64,000 bases of DNA, from assembly GCA_965205855.1 (NCBI GenBank), contig OZ242184.1:1184001-1248000 (forward strand), read 5' to 3'. The translations under genes and the position numbers were made by a program. The notes under the pieces were generated by a model, which saw only the letters and a program-made list of their open reading frames with translations, was not told the DNA's origin and ran no database searches. Shown one piece after another: positions 27,842-38,348 of the stretch (position 1 is its first letter; the number at the start of each line of letters is the position of its first letter). Source of the stretch: Thermodesulfobacteriota bacterium. Its GTDB lineage: Bacteria; Desulfobacterota_D; UBA1144; Nemesobacterales; Mycalebacteriaceae.

Positions 27842-29698
27842 ATGAAACAGGTTGGGCGCGGCAAAAAAAGGGATGTAAAACCGGTCTCTGGAAGGTTCGG
27901 TGAAGTTTCCGCTACGCAGTGGCGGCAATCCATAGAGAAAGGCCTAAAGAAAGGAGAATACGAAAGAAAACTTGTCTGGCGTCCCGCGGACGGTATGGCT
28001 GTTGAGCCGTTTTACTGTGCCGCGCACACGCGGGGGCTTTCCCTTTCCCCCGCCCCCGCCCCCGGAAACTTTCCGTTCACACGCGAAGAGGCTCGGTGGA
28101 TGATGTGCGAGGATATTCCTCCCGTATCCGCGGCGCGCGCGGCGAAACTGGCGCGCGACGGAATTGAAGGCGGAGCGGATTGGGTGTTTTTCAGGGAAGC
28201 GAAAATCCGCTCTTCTGAGGAAGTCGAAAAACTGCTTGCTGGAATTGACCCCTCAGAAGCGGGCGTCTGCTTCGCACCCGGAGACGGCGGGATTGAACAG
28301 GCGGAGACGGTCGCGGATTTTGCCGCGAAAACCGGCGCGGAACTGAAGGGGTTTGTGCTTTGCGACCCACTCGGCTGCCGGCAAAGCGGCGAAAACCGGA
28401 AAGGAGAAATCAAACGGCTCGCGAAACTGGTTCACCGTTTTGCGGACGCATCAGACGGCTACGGTTGTGTAGGCATTTCCGGCGCGCGGTTCCGGGCTGC
28501 GGGGGCAAACGCGGTGGAGGAGACAGCGTTTGCCCTCGCGCTCGGCGCGGAATATCTTGTCACGCTGGGAGAAAACGGCGTGCCCGCGCGCAAAGCGGCG
28601 ATGGCGGCGGTTTTCCATTTCTCCGCCGATTCAGTTTTTTTCATGGAGATAGCGCGTCTTCGCGCCGCGCGCGCCGTGTGGGCTCACATAGTGGAGCGTT
28701 TTGACCACGGGGCGGAGGGGCGGATGCGGATTCACGTTTCCCCGTCGCCCGTAAACAAATCGGTCTGCGACCCCGAAGTGAATATATTGAGGGCAACCGG
28801 CGAGGCGATGGCGGCGGTGATAGGGGGCTGCAACTCGCTTTCAATACCGGCTTTTGACCGGAGGTATGCGACGGATACGAAAAAATCCCAGATGCTTGCG
28901 AGAAACACGCAGTTGATACTCAGAGAGGAATGCGGGCTGGACCGGGTCGCCGACCCGTGCGCGGGCTCGTATTACACCGACGTTCTGACCGACAAAGTCG
29001 CGGACGCCGTATTGCGGCTTTTTCTGGAGATTGAGCAACGCGGGGGTTTTCTCAAATGCGCCGGGAACGGGTTCATTTCAGAGCACGTGGCGCGTGGCGC
29101 GAGGGAGAGAAGGGAAAAAATCGCGGCGGGAACGGAGCCGCTTATCGGTGTGAACAAATATCCCATTGAGGGCGAACAGGTTTTGGACAGGCTTAAAAGA
29201 GGGAAAAACCTCTGCGCGGGCGCGGAGTTCGAGCGCATGAGGGCGACGACCGAGAAGCGCGCGCGGGAGAGAGGAGGAAAATTCCCCTCCGTGCTGCTTA
29301 TAAAAACCGGCGACCCGGCAATGCGTAGCGCGAGGGCGGTGTTTGCGGCAAACTTTTTCGCCGTCGCGGGCTTTGAGATAAGAGACGGCGGAGAATTCAA
29401 CCGCGCGGGGGATGCCCGGCGCGTAGCGCTCAAAAGCGACGCGGACATCTTTGTTCTCTGCGCCGAGGACGGCGGGTATGCGGAGTTTGCCCCGCCCTTT
29501 GCCGCTGGTGTGAAAAAGGAAAGAAAGGATGCCGTTATTGTAATTGCGGGCAATCCGGCGGAAGAAGACCGTAGCCTGTTTCTGAATGCGGGGGTTGACG
29601 AGTTTATAAACACCCGCTCAAACATCCTGCAAACCCTGAGAAAGATGTCCAATGCGGCGGGAGCGGCAGAAAAGGGAAAAGGCGGCAAAAAGAGATGA
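27842..29698 (+). CDS. mutA: Methylmalonyl-CoA mutase small (beta) subunit
   Basis: [51 protein letters not shown]; lacks the DxH B12 motif. Confidence 0.9.
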   Translation: MKQVGRGKKRDVKPVSGRFGEVSATQWRQSIEKGLKKGEYERKLVWRPADGMAVEPFYCAAHTRGLSLSPAPAPGNFPFTREEARWMMCEDIPPVSAARAAKLARDGIEGGADWVFFREAKIRSSEEVEKLLAGIDPSEAGVCFAPGDGGIEQAETVADFAAKTGAELKGFVLCDPLGCRQSGENRKGEIKRLAKLVHRFADASDGYGCVGISGARFRAAGANAVEETAFALALGAEYLVTLGENGVPARKAAMAAVFHFSADSVFFMEIARLRAARAVWAHIVERFDHGAEGRMRIHVSPSPVNKSVCDPEVNILRATGEAMAAVIGGCNSLSIPAFDRRYATDTKKSQMLARNTQLILREECGLDRVADPCAGSYYTDVLTDKVADAVLRLFLEIEQRGGFLKCAGNGFISEHVARGARERREKIAAGTEPLIGVNKYPIEGEQVLDRLKRGKNLCAGAEFERMRATTEKRARERGGKFPSVLLIKTGDPAMRSARAVFAANFFAVAGFEIRDGGEFNRAGDARRVALKSDADIFVLCAEDGGYAEFAPPFAAGVKKERKDAVIVIAGNPAEEDRSLFLNAGVDEFINTRSNILQTLRKMSNAAGAAEKGKGGKKR

Positions 29699-31842
29699 GA
29701 CCCGATTTTTCATCAATCAAACTGCGACGGTCGGGAGGACACTCAAAACGCGCGGGTAAAAGCCGGATATTTGAGACCCCGGAGGGAATAGAGGTAAAAG
29801 ATATCTTTACGCAAAAGGACGCCGAGGGGCTCAAGCACACGGCGGGAGCCGCCGCCGGAGAGCCGCCGTTTCTAAGGGGTCCCTACTCCACAATGTATGT
29901 GGCAAGGCCGTGGACTATAAGGCAGTATGCCGGATTTTCAACCGCGGAGGATTCAAACAGGTTCTATCGCAAAAACCTCGCGGCCGGACAAAAGGGGCTT
30001 TCGGTCGCGTTTGATCTGCCGACACACAGGGGATACGACTCCGACCACGAAAGGGTAATCGGCGATGTAGGAAAAGCCGGAGTCGCGGTGGATTCGGTGC
30101 TTGATATGAAAAAACTTTTTGACGGCATACCGCTTGACGAAATATCGGTGTCAATGACGATGAACGGAGCCGTTCTGCCAGTAATGGCGTTCTACATAGT
30201 CGCGGCGAGAGAGCAGGGAGTGGCGGAGGATAAACTCAGCGGCACGATTCAAAACGATATTCTCAAGGAGTTTATGGTCAGAAATACCTACATATATCCG
30301 CCCGAATTCTCAATGAAAATAGTGGCGGATATCTTCAAATACACATCAAAAAATATGCCCCGCTTCAACTCCATAAGCGTAAGCGGCTACCACATGCAGG
30401 AAGCCGGCGCGACCGCGGATATTGAGCTTGCGTATACCCTCGCGGACGGGTTGGAATATGTCCGTGCGGGAATAAACGCCGGGCTGGATATAGATGATTT
30501 CGCGCCGAGAATCTCCTTTTTCTGGGGAATTGGGATGAACCATTTTATGGAAATAGCGAAAATGAGAGCCGGGCGCGTACTGTGGGCGGAAATGATGAGC
30601 GGATTCAAGCCCTCCAACCCGAAATCGCTCGCGCTCAGAACGCACTGCCAGACTTCGGGATGGAGTCTGACCGAGCAACTTCCGTATAACAACGTCGTGC
30701 GCACATGCACCGAGGCAATCGCCGCGGTAATGGGGGGAACGCAGTCGCTCCACACAAACGCGCTGGACGAGGCAATCGCACTGCCAACCAATTTTTCCGC
30801 AAGAGTAGCGCGCAACACGCAGATATACATACAGGAGGAAACGGCAATATGCAGAGCGATAGACCCATGGGGCGGCTCGTTTTATGTGGAAAGTCTAACG
30901 GACGCGCTTGTACGCAAGGCGCGGAGGTTGATTGAAGAGGTTGAGAAACTCGGCGGGATGACGGCGGCGATAGAAACGGGCATCCCAAAAATGAGAATAG
31001 AAGAAGCTGCCGCGAAAAAACAGGCGAGAATAGATTCGGGGCTGGAGACCATAGTGGGAGTCAACAGGTTCGCGCAAAGCGATGACGGGCAGATGGAGCT
31101 GCTTGAAGTTGACAACACAAAGGTGAGGGAATCTCAGATAAAAAGCATCGGGTGCATAAAGAAAGAGCGGAATTCAAAGGCGGTCGGGACAGCTTTGCGC
31201 AAGATAACAAAATGCGCCGAAACCGGACGCGGAAACCTGCTCGCCCTCGCGGTGGATGCGGCGGCAAAGCGGGCTACTCTCGGTGAAATATCGGACGCGT
31301 GCGAAAAGGTTTGTGGCCGTTATGCACCCGTAACGCGGACAATATCGGGAGTCTATTCGTCCGAGATAAGTAAAGACCCGGCTTTTTACAAAGCAAGGCG
31401 GCTTACCGGAGAGTTTGCCGCAATTGAAGGAAGAAGGCCGCGGATACTGATTGCGAAAACTGGGCAGGACGGGCACGACCGGGGAGCGAAAGTAATTGCG
31501 ACAAGTTTTTCCGATATGGGTTTTGAGGTGGAGATGGGCCCGCTTTTCAGCACGCCGGACGAAGTGGCGCGTCTCGCGCTTGACGAAGACGCACACATAG
31601 TCGGGGTGTCCAGTCTCGCTGCGGGACACAAAACCCTGATACCGGAGATAATCTCGGCGTTGAAAAAATACGGACGCGATGACATCGTTGTGGTCGCAGG
31701 CGGGGTGATACCGCGAAAAGATTACAAATTCCTCAAAGACGCGGGAGTGTCTCATATTTTTGGGCCCGGAACCGTCATATCGGACGCGGCGGCGGAGATA
31801 ATCAAACCCGTTCTTGCACGTGCGAAAAAGAACATGACATGA
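29695..31842 (+). CDS. mutB: Methylmalonyl-CoA mutase large (alpha) subunit
   Basis: [38 protein letters not shown]. Confidence 0.97.
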   Translation: MRPDFSSIKLRRSGGHSKRAGKSRIFETPEGIEVKDIFTQKDAEGLKHTAGAAAGEPPFLRGPYSTMYVARPWTIRQYAGFSTAEDSNRFYRKNLAAGQKGLSVAFDLPTHRGYDSDHERVIGDVGKAGVAVDSVLDMKKLFDGIPLDEISVSMTMNGAVLPVMAFYIVAAREQGVAEDKLSGTIQNDILKEFMVRNTYIYPPEFSMKIVADIFKYTSKNMPRFNSISVSGYHMQEAGATADIELAYTLADGLEYVRAGINAGLDIDDFAPRISFFWGIGMNHFMEIAKMRAGRVLWAEMMSGFKPSNPKSLALRTHCQTSGWSLTEQLPYNNVVRTCTEAIAAVMGGTQSLHTNALDEAIALPTNFSARVARNTQIYIQEETAICRAIDPWGGSFYVESLTDALVRKARRLIEEVEKLGGMTAAIETGIPKMRIEEAAAKKQARIDSGLETIVGVNRFAQSDDGQMELLEVDNTKVRESQIKSIGCIKKERNSKAVGTALRKITKCAETGRGNLLALAVDAAAKRATLGEISDACEKVCGRYAPVTRTISGVYSSEISKDPAFYKARRLTGEFAAIEGRRPRILIAKTGQDGHDRGAKVIATSFSDMGFEVEMGPLFSTPDEVARLALDEDAHIVGVSSLAAGHKTLIPEIISALKKYGRDDIVVVAGGVIPRKDYKFLKDAGVSHIFGPGTVISDAAAEIIKPVLARAKKNMT

Positions 31843-32276
31843 TTGAAAAAGCGGACAAGCACGACATTGACGCTATTATGGATATGGAGAAAATGTGCTT
31901 TGACCGGGACGCATGGCCCCGAAGGATGATTGAGGAGGAAATCGCGGGCGGAACGGGACGGCGCGCGAGAGTCGTAAGGGATAAAAACGGCACGGCGGTC
32001 GCCTACTGCATCGCGCGGGCGTTTATGGACGAAATGGAGATTTTTAAACTCGCCGTCCACCCGTTTCACAGAAGAAAAGGGATGGCGCTGACACTTTTAC
32101 GGGACGCTATGCGGGACTTGGGACGCGGTAGCATAACGCTTGAAGTCGCGGCAGACAACAAGGAGGCGATACTGCTTTACTCCAAAACCGGATTCAAGAC
32201 GCTCGGACTGCGCGAAAAATATTACAGTAACAGCGGACGCGACGCCCTGATTATGCGCGCCGTGATCGGCGAATGA
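31839..32276 (+). CDS. rimI: RimI-like GNAT acetyltransferase
   Basis: LAVHP..RRKG, LEV..N..A..LY..GF..G.R..YY..DALIM. Confidence 0.85.
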   Translation: MIEKADKHDIDAIMDMEKMCFDRDAWPRRMIEEEIAGGTGRRARVVRDKNGTAVAYCIARAFMDEMEIFKLAVHPFHRRKGMALTLLRDAMRDLGRGSITLEVAADNKEAILLYSKTGFKTLGLREKYYSNSGRDALIMRAVIGE

Positions 32277-32284
32277 AGCCCTTT

Positions 32285-33280
32285 TCAGTGTTTTCTTTCG
32301 GCCGCGAAATCCGCAAGCTCAAGCAGAGACCGCTTGTAATCCCCATTCGGAAAAGAAGAGATTGATTTTTTCGCCTTGTAAACATACGACTTCGCGGCTT
32401 TGAATGTGTCTTCCGCGCCCCGGTAGTCCGCGACAAACTGTTTTACAAGCCCCGTCTCCGCCGTTTCGTCCGTGCCGTTTTTCCCGAACGCGCGCAGACG
32501 TTTTTCAAAATCCGCCCTCACCTTCGGAGGAGCGTTTGAGATGGATTTGAGAAGCGGAATTGTCATCTTCGCTCCCTCTATATCTATGCCCGAATCCTTT
32601 CCCGTCATTACGGTTGAGGAGCAATAGTCAAGCGCGTCATCGGCAAGCTGAAACGCTATTCCGAGGTTGAGCCCGTAGCCGCCAAGCGCTTCGGTTCTGC
32701 CGTTTTCCTCTCCGGCAAGAACCCCGCCCATCACCGCACAACACTCTATAAGCGATGCGGTCTTTTCCCTGATTATGCGCATACAGGTGTTTTCATCCAT
32801 ATCCATCATCTTCTTCTTTCCCATAATCTCCATCATCTCGCCCTCTATGACCCTGCGCGCGGCGGCGGTATAGATTCTGGCAAGGGATATGTTTCCGCAT
32901 GACAGGATGAGGTCAAGCGCGCGTATGAGAAAAACATCGCCCGTGATAACCGAGCACTGATTCCCCCAGATGCCGTTGGAAGACTGCGCACCCCTTCTCA
33001 TTGAGGCGTTGTCCACAACATCGTCGTGCAAAAGCGAGGCGACATGCGTAAGCTCCAGCGCAGCGGCGCAGGCGATTCTGTTCTTGCCCTCCTCAAGCCC
33101 GCACAACCCGCTTGAAAGCAGAAGCACGGAAGGACGCAGGCGTTTTCCGCCTCCGCCAACTATGTGGGACGATATCTTATGCACAAGGTCAATCGAGGAT
33201 TGGCAATTCTTTTCCAATTCCTTTTCAACAAGGCACATATCTTCAATTATAATTTTGGCTGTTGCAGCTCCGTTTTGCAT
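32285..33280 (-). CDS. ispB: Trans-polyprenyl diphosphate synthase (IspB-like)
   Basis: GGKRLRP, LLHDDVVD, RRG, KTA, FQLADDALD. Confidence 0.85.
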   Translation of the reverse strand: MQNGAATAKIIIEDMCLVEKELEKNCQSSIDLVHKISSHIVGGGGKRLRPSVLLLSSGLCGLEEGKNRIACAAALELTHVASLLHDDVVDNASMRRGAQSSNGIWGNQCSVITGDVFLIRALDLILSCGNISLARIYTAAARRVIEGEMMEIMGKKKMMDMDENTCMRIIREKTASLIECCAVMGGVLAGEENGRTEALGGYGLNLGIAFQLADDALDYCSSTVMTGKDSGIDIEGAKMTIPLLKSISNAPPKVRADFEKRLRAFGKNGTDETAETGLVKQFVADYRGAEDTFKAAKSYVYKAKKSISSFPNGDYKRSLLELADFAAERKH

Positions 33281-33362
33281 TAAGTTCTAATTATCTTCAT
33301 AAAAAACTTTCAAGTCAAAACGGCTATAATAAGGGGAATTGACAATTTACTGTTGATGTAAC

Positions 33363-33839
33363 ATGGATGGAAATTTGAGTTGGATTGACATATTTATCTG
33401 TGTATGTGTGGCCGTTTCATTTTTCGCGGGCATTTTCGGGCGGGGCATTCTTCACATATCCTTCTACCTTGCCGCCGCGGCTGTAGCGGCGGGAGCCGGC
33501 TATATCTTCGCGGCGGAGGCGGCGGAGGCACTTGGAAGTGGCAGGCTGACCGCCGGGGCGGCGGTGTTCGCCTCGGTGTTCCTTCTGCTCGTCTCGGCTT
33601 TTTCCTTGCCAAGCAAACTCCCGGGTGCGCAAGCCGCGATGAGAATCACGGACGGGATTGTGAGCGCGGCGGTGGTAGGCTCGGTGGCGGTGTTCGCAGC
33701 CGGAGCCGCGCGGGATTTGCCGTCTTACGAAAGATGGGTGGAAAACTCGGTTGTCTATCCGCGCGCAGCGGAATTTTACCGGCTCGGAGCGGAGAAAGCC
33801 GAAAAACATCTGAGGAAGAAAAACCCTCTGAAGTATTGA
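33363..33839 (+). CDS. Hypothetical membrane protein (CvpA-like)
   Basis: WIDI N-terminus, four hydrophobic segments, C-terminal S..YP. Confidence 0.55.
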   Translation: MDGNLSWIDIFICVCVAVSFFAGIFGRGILHISFYLAAAAVAAGAGYIFAAEAAEALGSGRLTAGAAVFASVFLLLVSAFSLPSKLPGAQAAMRITDGIVSAAVVGSVAVFAAGAARDLPSYERWVENSVVYPRAAEFYRLGAEKAEKHLRKKNPLKY

Positions 33840-33845
33840 GACACC

Positions 33846-34856
33846 ATGCAGCACATAACAACACTGAACAAACATGTAATTTCATCATTCGGCTCAGAAG
33901 AGTTTCACGGCGGGGTTTTCACAATTCTCAGGGAGATGGTCTTTGTCGCCAAGCTCATGCACAGGGAGATAAACAAAGCCGGAATCGTGGAAGGCATACG
34001 CGGCGGAACCGGCGGGAGAAATTTCCACGGGGACGTCACGCAAAAGCTGGATTTATTCGCCAATGAAAGACTCATATCCACCCTTGAAATGGGAGGAGAG
34101 TGCTGCGGAATAGTGTCGGAGGAAAACAGTGAAATCGTCCGTCTGCGCGGCGAGAATTCCGAACGGGCGGAGTATGTCCTCGCGATTGACCCTCTGGACG
34201 GCTCTTCCAACATAGATGTCAATGTGTCTGTGGGAATCATATTCTCCATTTACAAACGCAAATCCCCGTCTCCGGGACCGTGCTCGGAGGAGGATTTTCT
34301 GCGCGCGGGAAATGAGCAGGCGGCGGCGGGATACATAATTTTCGGCTCGTCAACGATGCTTGTGTTCACGGTCGGCAAGGGAGTGGACGGGTTTACGCTT
34401 GACCCGTCCATAGGAGAGTTCTGCCTTTCGCATCCGCAAATCACAATACCGGAGTCGTGCACCTTCTACTCCGTCAACCAGGGGCTTTTCTCGGAGTTTC
34501 CCCAGTGGACAAAACAGTTTATTGAATACTGTTCGACAAACGACCCAGCAACCTCAAGGCCCTATTCGTGCCGCTACACCGGCTCAATGGTCGCCGATGT
34601 TCACAGGAATATGCTCAAGGGCGGAGTTTTTATGTATCCCTCCACGGGCAAATATCCGGATGGCAAACTCCGCCTTCTCTACGAATGCAACCCGCTGTCA
34701 TTCATAGTGGAACAGGCGGGCGGGAAAGCGACAAACGGGGCGCGACGCATACTGGACATTAAAGCATCCTCGATACACCAGAGAACCCCGATATTCGCGG
34801 GTTCAAAAGACGCCGTCTCGGTGATTGAAAAATACCGTGCGGAAAACAAGTCGTAA
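33846..34856 (+). CDS. fbp: Fructose-1,6-bisphosphatase class 1
   Basis: KLD, SEE, DPLDGSSNIDVN, RYTGSMVADVHR, GKLRLLYECNP. Confidence 0.97.
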   Translation: MQHITTLNKHVISSFGSEEFHGGVFTILREMVFVAKLMHREINKAGIVEGIRGGTGGRNFHGDVTQKLDLFANERLISTLEMGGECCGIVSEENSEIVRLRGENSERAEYVLAIDPLDGSSNIDVNVSVGIIFSIYKRKSPSPGPCSEEDFLRAGNEQAAAGYIIFGSSTMLVFTVGKGVDGFTLDPSIGEFCLSHPQITIPESCTFYSVNQGLFSEFPQWTKQFIEYCSTNDPATSRPYSCRYTGSMVADVHRNMLKGGVFMYPSTGKYPDGKLRLLYECNPLSFIVEQAGGKATNGARRILDIKASSIHQRTPIFAGSKDAVSVIEKYRAENKS

Positions 34857-34859
34857 GAA

Positions 34860-37286
34860 ATGAGCGGAAAACCGGAAAAACATCCCCACCGCGTGCGGCG
34901 GACTGCGGAAGGTTCGAAGCGCGGCGGACATTCGGTTTCACTCGTAATACCGTGCCATAACGAGGAAGGGCGGCTTTCTGCGGAAAAAACCCTCGCGTGC
35001 CTGAAAGCACTCGGAGACGGGGCGAAAATTATCCTTGTTGATGACGGCTCAACGGACGGTACACGCGAGGTTATAAGGAAAATAGCGGAGAAGTCCCCTT
35101 CTGTAACAACCCTTCTCTTTGACAGAAACGCGGGCAAGGCGCAAGCCGTGCGCGCGGGAATGAAGCTCGCCGCCGAGGGTGGGGTTGAATTTTCTGGATT
35201 TTGCGATGCGGATTTCTCAGCACCTCCCGAAGAAGTCGCGAGGGTATTTCACGCGCTTGCGGAAAAACCGGAAACAAACACCGCGATGGGAACGCGCAAC
35301 TCAGCACAATCGGAAAACATCTCAAGAGGCACTGTGCGCGGAATTCTGAGCCGGGTTTTCGCCCTTCTCTCCTCGTTCGCGCTCAAAAGACGCGTATCGG
35401 ATTCCCAGTGCGGCGCGAAGTTCTTCAGAAACACCCCCGCGCTTGCGGCGGCGCTGGACGAGCCGTTTATATCACGCTGGGGCTTTGATGTCGAGCTACT
35501 TGGCAGAATTGAGTCCCGCACAGATGAGCCGGAGCCCCTTGAGGTTCCACTTAAAAGCTGGAGCGAGCGACCGCCGTCGGGAATGAGTTTTTTCTCAATG
35601 GCGCAAACCCTTGTCGAGATGAGGAACATCAACGGGGATTTGAAAAAAAAGCGGAAAGAAACCGGGAACAGGCGCGGGCTGGCGCTGGAAATCCTTCTCA
35701 CGGTCTTTGTGAGGATGACACCCATATATTTTCTCACCTTTGTTTTCGCGCGGATAATGTTCTGGGAGGGATACTGGATCAACCCGGACGCTTACTACCA
35801 CATGGGAGTTGCGGTTACCTATGCGGAGGAAGGGTGGCTGTCAAGCTTCCCATGGCTCAAATACACGGTGCTCGGAGACAGCTTCTCGAACGTCTATCTC
35901 GGGCAACATTTTCTTCTCGGAATCATCTATTTCCTCACCCCGTCGTCAGACCCGATTGTCATTATCAAAACCGCGATAATCGCGATGGCTTTCCTTCAGA
36001 TGATGTCGTTCTACCTGTTTTTGAGAAAATGGAATTGCGGCTTCGCCTCCATCTGGACTGTGCTCGGAATCGCCGCATCTTCAAATATGCTCTGGCACAC
36101 CATGGCTTTAAAGGGAATAACAGCGTTTTCAATAATGTTTCCGTGGATAGTAGACGCGCTGTGGTCAAACAACGCCCGCAGGGCGTTTACGATTGGCTGG
36201 ATGTCCACCTACATATATGTGGGTTTCATAGTTATGGCTCCGCTCGCGGCCTGCAGGATCGCGGGAGACTGGCTGTTTGAAGGCAGATTCAGGATAAAAA
36301 CGCCACTTATGCTTTTCGCGGGCGTGGCGGTCGGAATGGTTCTGTCCCCGTTCTTCCCCGATCATCTGACGCATATAATCAGGGAACTCAAAACGGTCTT
36401 TGAGCGTCCGGACTTCATCAAACCCGGAGACTTCTTCGGCTCGGAATGGTCTCTGCTCAACCGCGTTCAAATACAGCATTTCCTCGGCGGTCTGTTTCTT
36501 CCGACCGTAGCGGCGGTGTTTTTCTTTATGAGAAAAGACAGGGGCTGCGACGGCGTTACGGGCGCGGCGATTATCACGGTTTTCATCTTCGCTCTCGCTC
36601 CGTTCAAAGCCGGAATAAAATTCGCCCAGCAATTCGTGGTTATCGCGATTCTCATGGTGCCTCTGATATACAGGCGGCTCGCGCCGCTGAGTCTCGCAAT
36701 TCCAAAAACCGGCTTGCGTATCAGGCCGCTTGTTCCTATGGCGTTCGCGTTCATATTTTTCGTCTATTCCCTGCCGTTTCTGAAATCCCACATGGGACAG
36801 CTGCATCAGAAAAAGGAAGATTCCGCCACGCCCTACGATTACAGAACGCTTGCGGAAAACGTCAGGGGACTGACGGGGAAGGGAAAGGTGGTAATCGCCC
36901 CATGGGACGATTTTCCGGGTCTGTTTTATTTCAACAGAGACAACTTCTATGTGTCTGGAATGAACAACCTGTTTCTTTATCACAAAGACCCGCACAGGTT
37001 TACGGTCTATTACAAATTCTTCAAGGGCGGCATACACAATCCGGCAAAATCCATTCCTGTTGTGTTTGACGGCACGGACCTCATGGTTGTGAGAAACTCG
37101 TCGCTTGTAAAAAATGCCGAAAGGGTAGAGGGCGAAAAAAAGCTTTCGGATATTCTTGAAAAAGCGCCGGGAATCGTGAGTATGTCATTGCAAAATGGAA
37201 AACCGGCTCCCGAAAGCGGAGTGGTCGCGCGTCTGTGGAAGATATACAAGATCGTTGGGACGCCGGACGCGGACGGAAAAAAATGA
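34860..37286 (+). CDS. Fusion of a GT2 polyprenyl-phosphate glycosyltransferase with a multi-TM GT-C-like domain
   Basis: N-terminal VIPCHNE, VDDGSTDGT, GKAQAV..G, DAD, DSQCGAK, WGFDVE; C-terminal about 11-13 hydrophobic segments with DAYYH, GSEW and PWDDF. Confidence 0.8.
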   Translation: MSGKPEKHPHRVRRTAEGSKRGGHSVSLVIPCHNEEGRLSAEKTLACLKALGDGAKIILVDDGSTDGTREVIRKIAEKSPSVTTLLFDRNAGKAQAVRAGMKLAAEGGVEFSGFCDADFSAPPEEVARVFHALAEKPETNTAMGTRNSAQSENISRGTVRGILSRVFALLSSFALKRRVSDSQCGAKFFRNTPALAAALDEPFISRWGFDVELLGRIESRTDEPEPLEVPLKSWSERPPSGMSFFSMAQTLVEMRNINGDLKKKRKETGNRRGLALEILLTVFVRMTPIYFLTFVFARIMFWEGYWINPDAYYHMGVAVTYAEEGWLSSFPWLKYTVLGDSFSNVYLGQHFLLGIIYFLTPSSDPIVIIKTAIIAMAFLQMMSFYLFLRKWNCGFASIWTVLGIAASSNMLWHTMALKGITAFSIMFPWIVDALWSNNARRAFTIGWMSTYIYVGFIVMAPLAACRIAGDWLFEGRFRIKTPLMLFAGVAVGMVLSPFFPDHLTHIIRELKTVFERPDFIKPGDFFGSEWSLLNRVQIQHFLGGLFLPTVAAVFFFMRKDRGCDGVTGAAIITVFIFALAPFKAGIKFAQQFVVIAILMVPLIYRRLAPLSLAIPKTGLRIRPLVPMAFAFIFFVYSLPFLKSHMGQLHQKKEDSATPYDYRTLAENVRGLTGKGKVVIAPWDDFPGLFYFNRDNFYVSGMNNLFLYHKDPHRFTVYYKFFKGGIHNPAKSIPVVFDGTDLMVVRNSSLVKNAERVEGEKKLSDILEKAPGIVSMSLQNGKPAPESGVVARLWKIYKIVGTPDADGKK

Positions 37287-38167
37287 CACCCGTGGTAATG
37301 GAGACAAACCTATCTGCGATGAAAGCGCCAAATAGGGGAAAAGTCAGGGACATTTACGATTTGGGGAAAACCCTGCTTTTTGTCTCAACCGACAGGATAT
37401 CCGCTTACGACTCCGTTCTGCCTTCCGGCATAAGGGGAAAAGGTGCGGCGCTCAACCGCATATCGGAATTCTGGTTCAAAAAAACGGCGGCGGATTTCCC
37501 GAATCATTTTATCTCGACAGACATATCGGATTATCCTCCGATGCCTCCCGAAAATCTCGAACTGCTGAAATCAAGAAGCATGCTTGTCCGCAAAACCCGC
37601 CCATTGCCGGTTGAATGCGTCGTGCGCGGCCATATCTCCGGCTCCGCGTGGCGGGAATACGAACGCAGCGGAACCGTCTGCGCAATCGCGATGCCCGGCG
37701 GGTTGCGTATGGGAGAAAAACTTCCCGAACCTTTGTTCACGCCGTCAACAAAGGCAGCCGTGGGAGAGCGGGACATGAACATAACCTTCGGCGAGGCGTG
37801 CGGTATCGCGGGAAAGGAAAATATGGAAACGGCGCGCGCGGCAAGCATTGACATATACCACAAGGCGGCGGAGATCGCGCTTTCGCGCGGAATTATAATC
37901 GCCGACACAAAATTTGAGTTCGGCGTTGACCCGGACGGACGGCTGATATTTATAGATGAGATGCTAACCCCGGACTCTTCGCGTTTCTGGAGCGCGGAAC
38001 AATACGCAAGCGGAAAAACGCCGGAAAGTTTCGACAAGCAGTTTGTAAGAGACTACCTTGACTCAATCAAGTGGGACAGAACTCCTCCCGCGCCCGAGCT
38101 GCCTCGAGAAGTTGGGGAGCGGACGAGTGAAAAATACGCGATGATGGAGCGGATTTTTGCGCCTTAG
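37283..38167 (+). CDS. purC: SAICAR synthetase
   Basis: GKVRDIY, TDRISAYD, ECVVRG, FTPSTKA, ADTKFEFG, TPDSSRFW, DKQFVRD. Confidence 0.97.
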   Translation: MTPVVMETNLSAMKAPNRGKVRDIYDLGKTLLFVSTDRISAYDSVLPSGIRGKGAALNRISEFWFKKTAADFPNHFISTDISDYPPMPPENLELLKSRSMLVRKTRPLPVECVVRGHISGSAWREYERSGTVCAIAMPGGLRMGEKLPEPLFTPSTKAAVGERDMNITFGEACGIAGKENMETARAASIDIYHKAAEIALSRGIIIADTKFEFGVDPDGRLIFIDEMLTPDSSRFWSAEQYASGKTPESFDKQFVRDYLDSIKWDRTPPAPELPREVGERTSEKYAMMERIFAP

Positions 38168-38348
38168 GAAAAAACTGCGTGCGAGCCTCAAATCCCCGTG
38201 CGTGAACATCTGCAAAATTGAGGACAACCTGTGCACGGGCTGCCTGCGGACTCTTGAAGAGATAAGGGCGTGGAAGAACGCCACGGACATTGAAAAACTG
38301 TCAATTCTCGCGTTGACGGAAAAAAGGAAAAAACGTCTTGGCGTCTGA
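38157..38348 (+). CDS. DUF1289 family small Cys-rich protein
   Basis: SPCVNIC...CTGCLRTLEEI..W. Confidence 0.85.
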   Translation: MRLRKKLRASLKSPCVNICKIEDNLCTGCLRTLEEIRAWKNATDIEKLSILALTEKRKKRLGV

